From NCBI GenBank assembly GCA_034189025.1, contig JAXHVS010000002.1, positions 11,191 through 75,190 of the forward strand: a DNA stretch of 64,000 nt, given 5' to 3'. A model generated the notes under the pieces. That model ran no database searches, was not told where the DNA came from, and worked only from the letters and a program-made list of their open reading frames with translations. This DNA is from Bacteroidota bacterium. GTDB taxonomy: Bacteria > Bacteroidota > Bacteroidia > Bacteroidales > UBA12077. Made by a program: the position numbers and the translations under genes. Below, in pieces: positions 61,528-64,000 of this stretch (position 1 is its first letter; every line of letters begins with the position of its first letter).

Positions 61528-62625
61528 ATGGGATTACAGTGTGGTATAATTGGTGTAACGAATGTGGGTAAATCAACCATTTTTAATTGCATGTCGAGCT
61601 CAAAAGTTGAAACTACGAATTTTGCTTTTAGCTCAAATAAATCAAATATTGGTGTTATTAATGTTCCTGATAAACGCTTGCAAGAACTTGAAAAATTACA
61701 ACCTACTGAAAAAGTAATTCCTGCTACGGTTGACATTGTTGATATCCCTGGATTAACAAAAGGTGCTAACCAAGGCGAAGGGGTAGGTAATAAATTTTTA
61801 GCTGATATTAGGAATACCGATGCGTTAATTCATGTTCTTCGTTGTTTTGATGATGAAAATCTGCCACATGTTGACGGCTCTGTTGATCCGGTAAGAGATA
61901 TTGAAACGATTGATTTTGAATTACAGGTTAAAGATTTGGAATCTGTTGAAAAAAAAATTGAGCGTTTTGAAAAGATTGTTAAAACAGGCGATAAAGAAGC
62001 TAAGCAGGGAATTGTAGTATTACAGGAATTAAAAAGTCATTTGGAATCGATGCAAAATGCCCGGGATTTCTTAATCTCTGATGCCAATAAAAAATATATT
62101 GATGATTTGTTTTTGCTTACGGCAAAACCGATCATTTATGTTTGTAATGTTGACGATAAATCAGCAAATGATGGTAATCAATACGTAGACAAAGTTAAAG
62201 AAGCACTTAAGGAACAGGATACACAAATATTAATTATTGCAGGCGAGTTAGAAGCAGAGATAGCTGAGTTAGAAGACGAAGATGACCGTAATGAGTTTTT
62301 AAACGATGCAGGATTAACCGAGCCCGGTGTTAATAAGTTAATTAGAAGTGCTTATTCACTGTTGAATTTAATGTCATTTTTTACAGTTGGGCCTAAAGAG
62401 ATACGTGCATGGACGATTAAAAAAGGAATGACTGCGCCACAGGCTGCCGGGGCTATTCATAGCGACCTTGAACGAGGTTTTATTCGTGCCGAAGTAATGA
62501 AGTATGATGATTTTATTACAATAGGATCTGAAGTAAAAGTAAAAGAAGCCGGAAAGTTTCATGTAGAAGGGAAAAACTATGTTGTTGAAGATGGCGATAT
62601 TCTTCATATACGTTTTAATGTCTAA
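61528..62625 (+). CDS. ychF: redox-regulated / ribosome-binding ATPase YchF
   Basis: 365 aa; MGLQCGIIGVTNVGKSTIFN, DIPGL.KGA..GEG.GN.FL, C-terminal TGS-like ...IHSD.ERGFIRAEV... Confidence 0.93.
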   Translation: MGLQCGIIGVTNVGKSTIFNCMSSSKVETTNFAFSSNKSNIGVINVPDKRLQELEKLQPTEKVIPATVDIVDIPGLTKGANQGEGVGNKFLADIRNTDALIHVLRCFDDENLPHVDGSVDPVRDIETIDFELQVKDLESVEKKIERFEKIVKTGDKEAKQGIVVLQELKSHLESMQNARDFLISDANKKYIDDLFLLTAKPIIYVCNVDDKSANDGNQYVDKVKEALKEQDTQILIIAGELEAEIAELEDEDDRNEFLNDAGLTEPGVNKLIRSAYSLLNLMSFFTVGPKEIRAWTIKKGMTAPQAAGAIHSDLERGFIRAEVMKYDDFITIGSEVKVKEAGKFHVEGKNYVVEDGDILHIRFNV

Positions 62626-62632
62626 AAGCTTT

Positions 62633-64000
62633 ATGATTGTAAGTTTTACTAAAAAATGGATATTCATTTTTGTTTTCATTTTTTCATTTTTAATGGTTCA
62701 TGGCCAAAAGCATTTTAAAAATCCTCCCAAATTAATTGTTGGGATTACTATTGAAGAAATGCGATATGAAATGTTGCTTCGTTATTGGGATACGTTTACA
62801 AATAACGGATTAAAAAAAATAATTAATGAAGGAGCATTTTGTACGCAGGTGCATCATAATTATTTGATTACCCAAAATGCCCCGGGGCAAGCCAGTATTG
62901 TAACGGGTACATATCCTTCGTACCATGGAATAATAGCTGATCAGTGGTATGATAAGTTAGGGAAAAAAGAGGTAGGTGCTGGTGATGAGAAAAAATATAA
63001 TTTAATGAATGGAAGAATTTCACTTGGGAATTTTTCTCCAAAAAACCTACTGGCTTCAACCATTGGTGATGAGTTGAAACTTTCTTTAGGTGATAGTTCT
63101 AAGGTGATTTCAATAGCCACCAATCCGGTTTCTTCTGTTATTTCGGGAGGGCGATTAGCTGATTATGCCTTTTGGTTTAATGATGAAGATGGAAAATGGA
63201 TTACGGGAAACTATTATATCGATTCTTTACCAGAGTGGGTGGATGACTTTCACGAGAAAGATTTCCGAAATATTTACATGAAGCAAACCTGGTCAACACT
63301 TTATTCATTGGAGCAAAATTACCAATCGAGCCTGCCTGATGATAATCCTTTTGAGATTGGAATCAGGTTGTATCGCTATACTTTTCCTTATGACCTAAAT
63401 TATTTGAAAAACAGGTCGGGTAATTATAAATATCTAAAATATACCACTTTTGGGAATACTTATACCAAAGATTTTGCTATTTCAACTATAATTGGAGAAA
63501 ATTTAGGTAAAGATAATTTTACCGATTTTTTAAATGTAAGCTTTTCTGCTTCAAGTTATGCAGGCGATCTTTTTGGCCCTCGTTCAGTTGAAATAGAAGA
63601 TATTTTTTTGCGATTGGATCGGGATATAAAACATTTTATTGATTTTTTGGATAATCATTTAGGATTAGAAAATGTGTTAATTTATATTACTTCAGACCGA
63701 GGAGTTTCCGATGTTCCTGAATATCTAAAGTATAAAAAACAAAATGCCGGAATTTTCGATCCTCAAAAAGCCTTGTTATTATTAAATAGTTATTTAAGTA
63801 TTTTATATGGTGACGGCGAGTGGGTTGATTTTTATCAATCGGGACAATTATATATAAACCAGCAAATGATTGATCAAAGCGGTGTTGTTTTAAGCGAGAT
63901 TCAGGAGCAGGCAGCGGGGTTTTTGGTTCAATATTCTGGGGTAGCTGAAGCAGTGCCTGCTATGAGTATGGTTACAAATCAATTTACAGCGGGAATTAAA
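62633..64000 (+). CDS. PafA-like alkaline-phosphatase-superfamily protein with substituted active-site positions; 3' end beyond the right window edge
   Basis: Not in ORF track (no stop in window). My translation from the ATG at 62633 stays open for 456 codons to base 64000. Signal peptide MIVSFTKKWIFIFVFIFSFLMVHGQ; conserved blocks PKLIVGITIEEMRY, ASIVTGTYPSYHGIIADQWYD, LFGPRSVEIEDIFLRLDRD, ITSDRG. Confidence 0.8.
   Translation, partial: MIVSFTKKWIFIFVFIFSFLMVHGQKHFKNPPKLIVGITIEEMRYEMLLRYWDTFTNNGLKKIINEGAFCTQVHHNYLITQNAPGQASIVTGTYPSYHGIIADQWYDKLGKKEVGAGDEKKYNLMNGRISLGNFSPKNLLASTIGDELKLSLGDSSKVISIATNPVSSVISGGRLADYAFWFNDEDGKWITGNYYIDSLPEWVDDFHEKDFRNIYMKQTWSTLYSLEQNYQSSLPDDNPFEIGIRLYRYTFPYDLNYLKNRSGNYKYLKYTTFGNTYTKDFAISTIIGENLGKDNFTDFLNVSFSASSYAGDLFGPRSVEIEDIFLRLDRDIKHFIDFLDNHLGLENVLIYITSDRGVSDVPEYLKYKKQNAGIFDPQKALLLLNSYLSILYGDGEWVDFYQSGQLYINQQMIDQSGVVLSEIQEQAAGFLVQYSGVAEAVPAMSMVTNQFTAGIK

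Overview
AT-rich 64-kb chromosomal segment that reads as a core region of a Bacteroidota genome. Supporting this: a T9SS type-B C-terminal sorting domain, TAnnTTTG-type promoter boxes, DUF4290-murA linkage, and a ribosomal-protein cluster without tuf or adk. Coding density is high. The centre (25.0-43.1 kb, + strand) is an uninterrupted 33-gene str/S10/spc/alpha cluster, rpsL-rpsG-fusA-rpsJ...rpoA-rplQ. It includes rpmD and rpmJ, which are too short for the ORF track and were translated by hand, followed by eno. The left flank holds a NatAB-like ABC-2 exporter divergent from a HisKA_3/LuxR two-component pair, a TPR sensor kinase, pstSCAB, small unknown secreted proteins, PhzF-like and aldehyde dehydrogenase genes, grpE-dnaJ, DUF4290-murA, a UvrD/PcrA helicase, a T9SS cargo protein and a second EF-G-family gene. 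The right flank holds a UbiD-family decarboxylase, a beta-propeller/Y_Y_Y sensor fused to a PP2C phosphatase, a hybrid histidine kinase, hisS and hutH. It also holds a seven-gene minus-strand string (split transketolase halves separated by an MGS-like gene and a secreted vWA gene, then an ECF sigma module), ychF and a truncated PafA-like gene. By eye I found no rRNA, tRNA, CRISPR array, transposase, integrase, phage or recognisable defence genes. I do not see a convincing, complete novel multi-gene system. The best leads are protein-level anomalies readable directly from the sequence: a PafA-like phosphatase homolog with nearly all catalytic positions substituted; an MGS-like protein lacking the catalytic Asp, sitting with a secreted vWA protein between the two transketolase halves; a hybrid kinase with a degenerate ATP-binding domain convergent with the propeller-PP2C sensor; an EF-G paralog lacking the DxPGH histidine next to the str operon; a long KE-rich tail on L17; and a nested inverted-repeat element between convergent genes. 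All family assignments rest on motif recognition by eye, not on searches.
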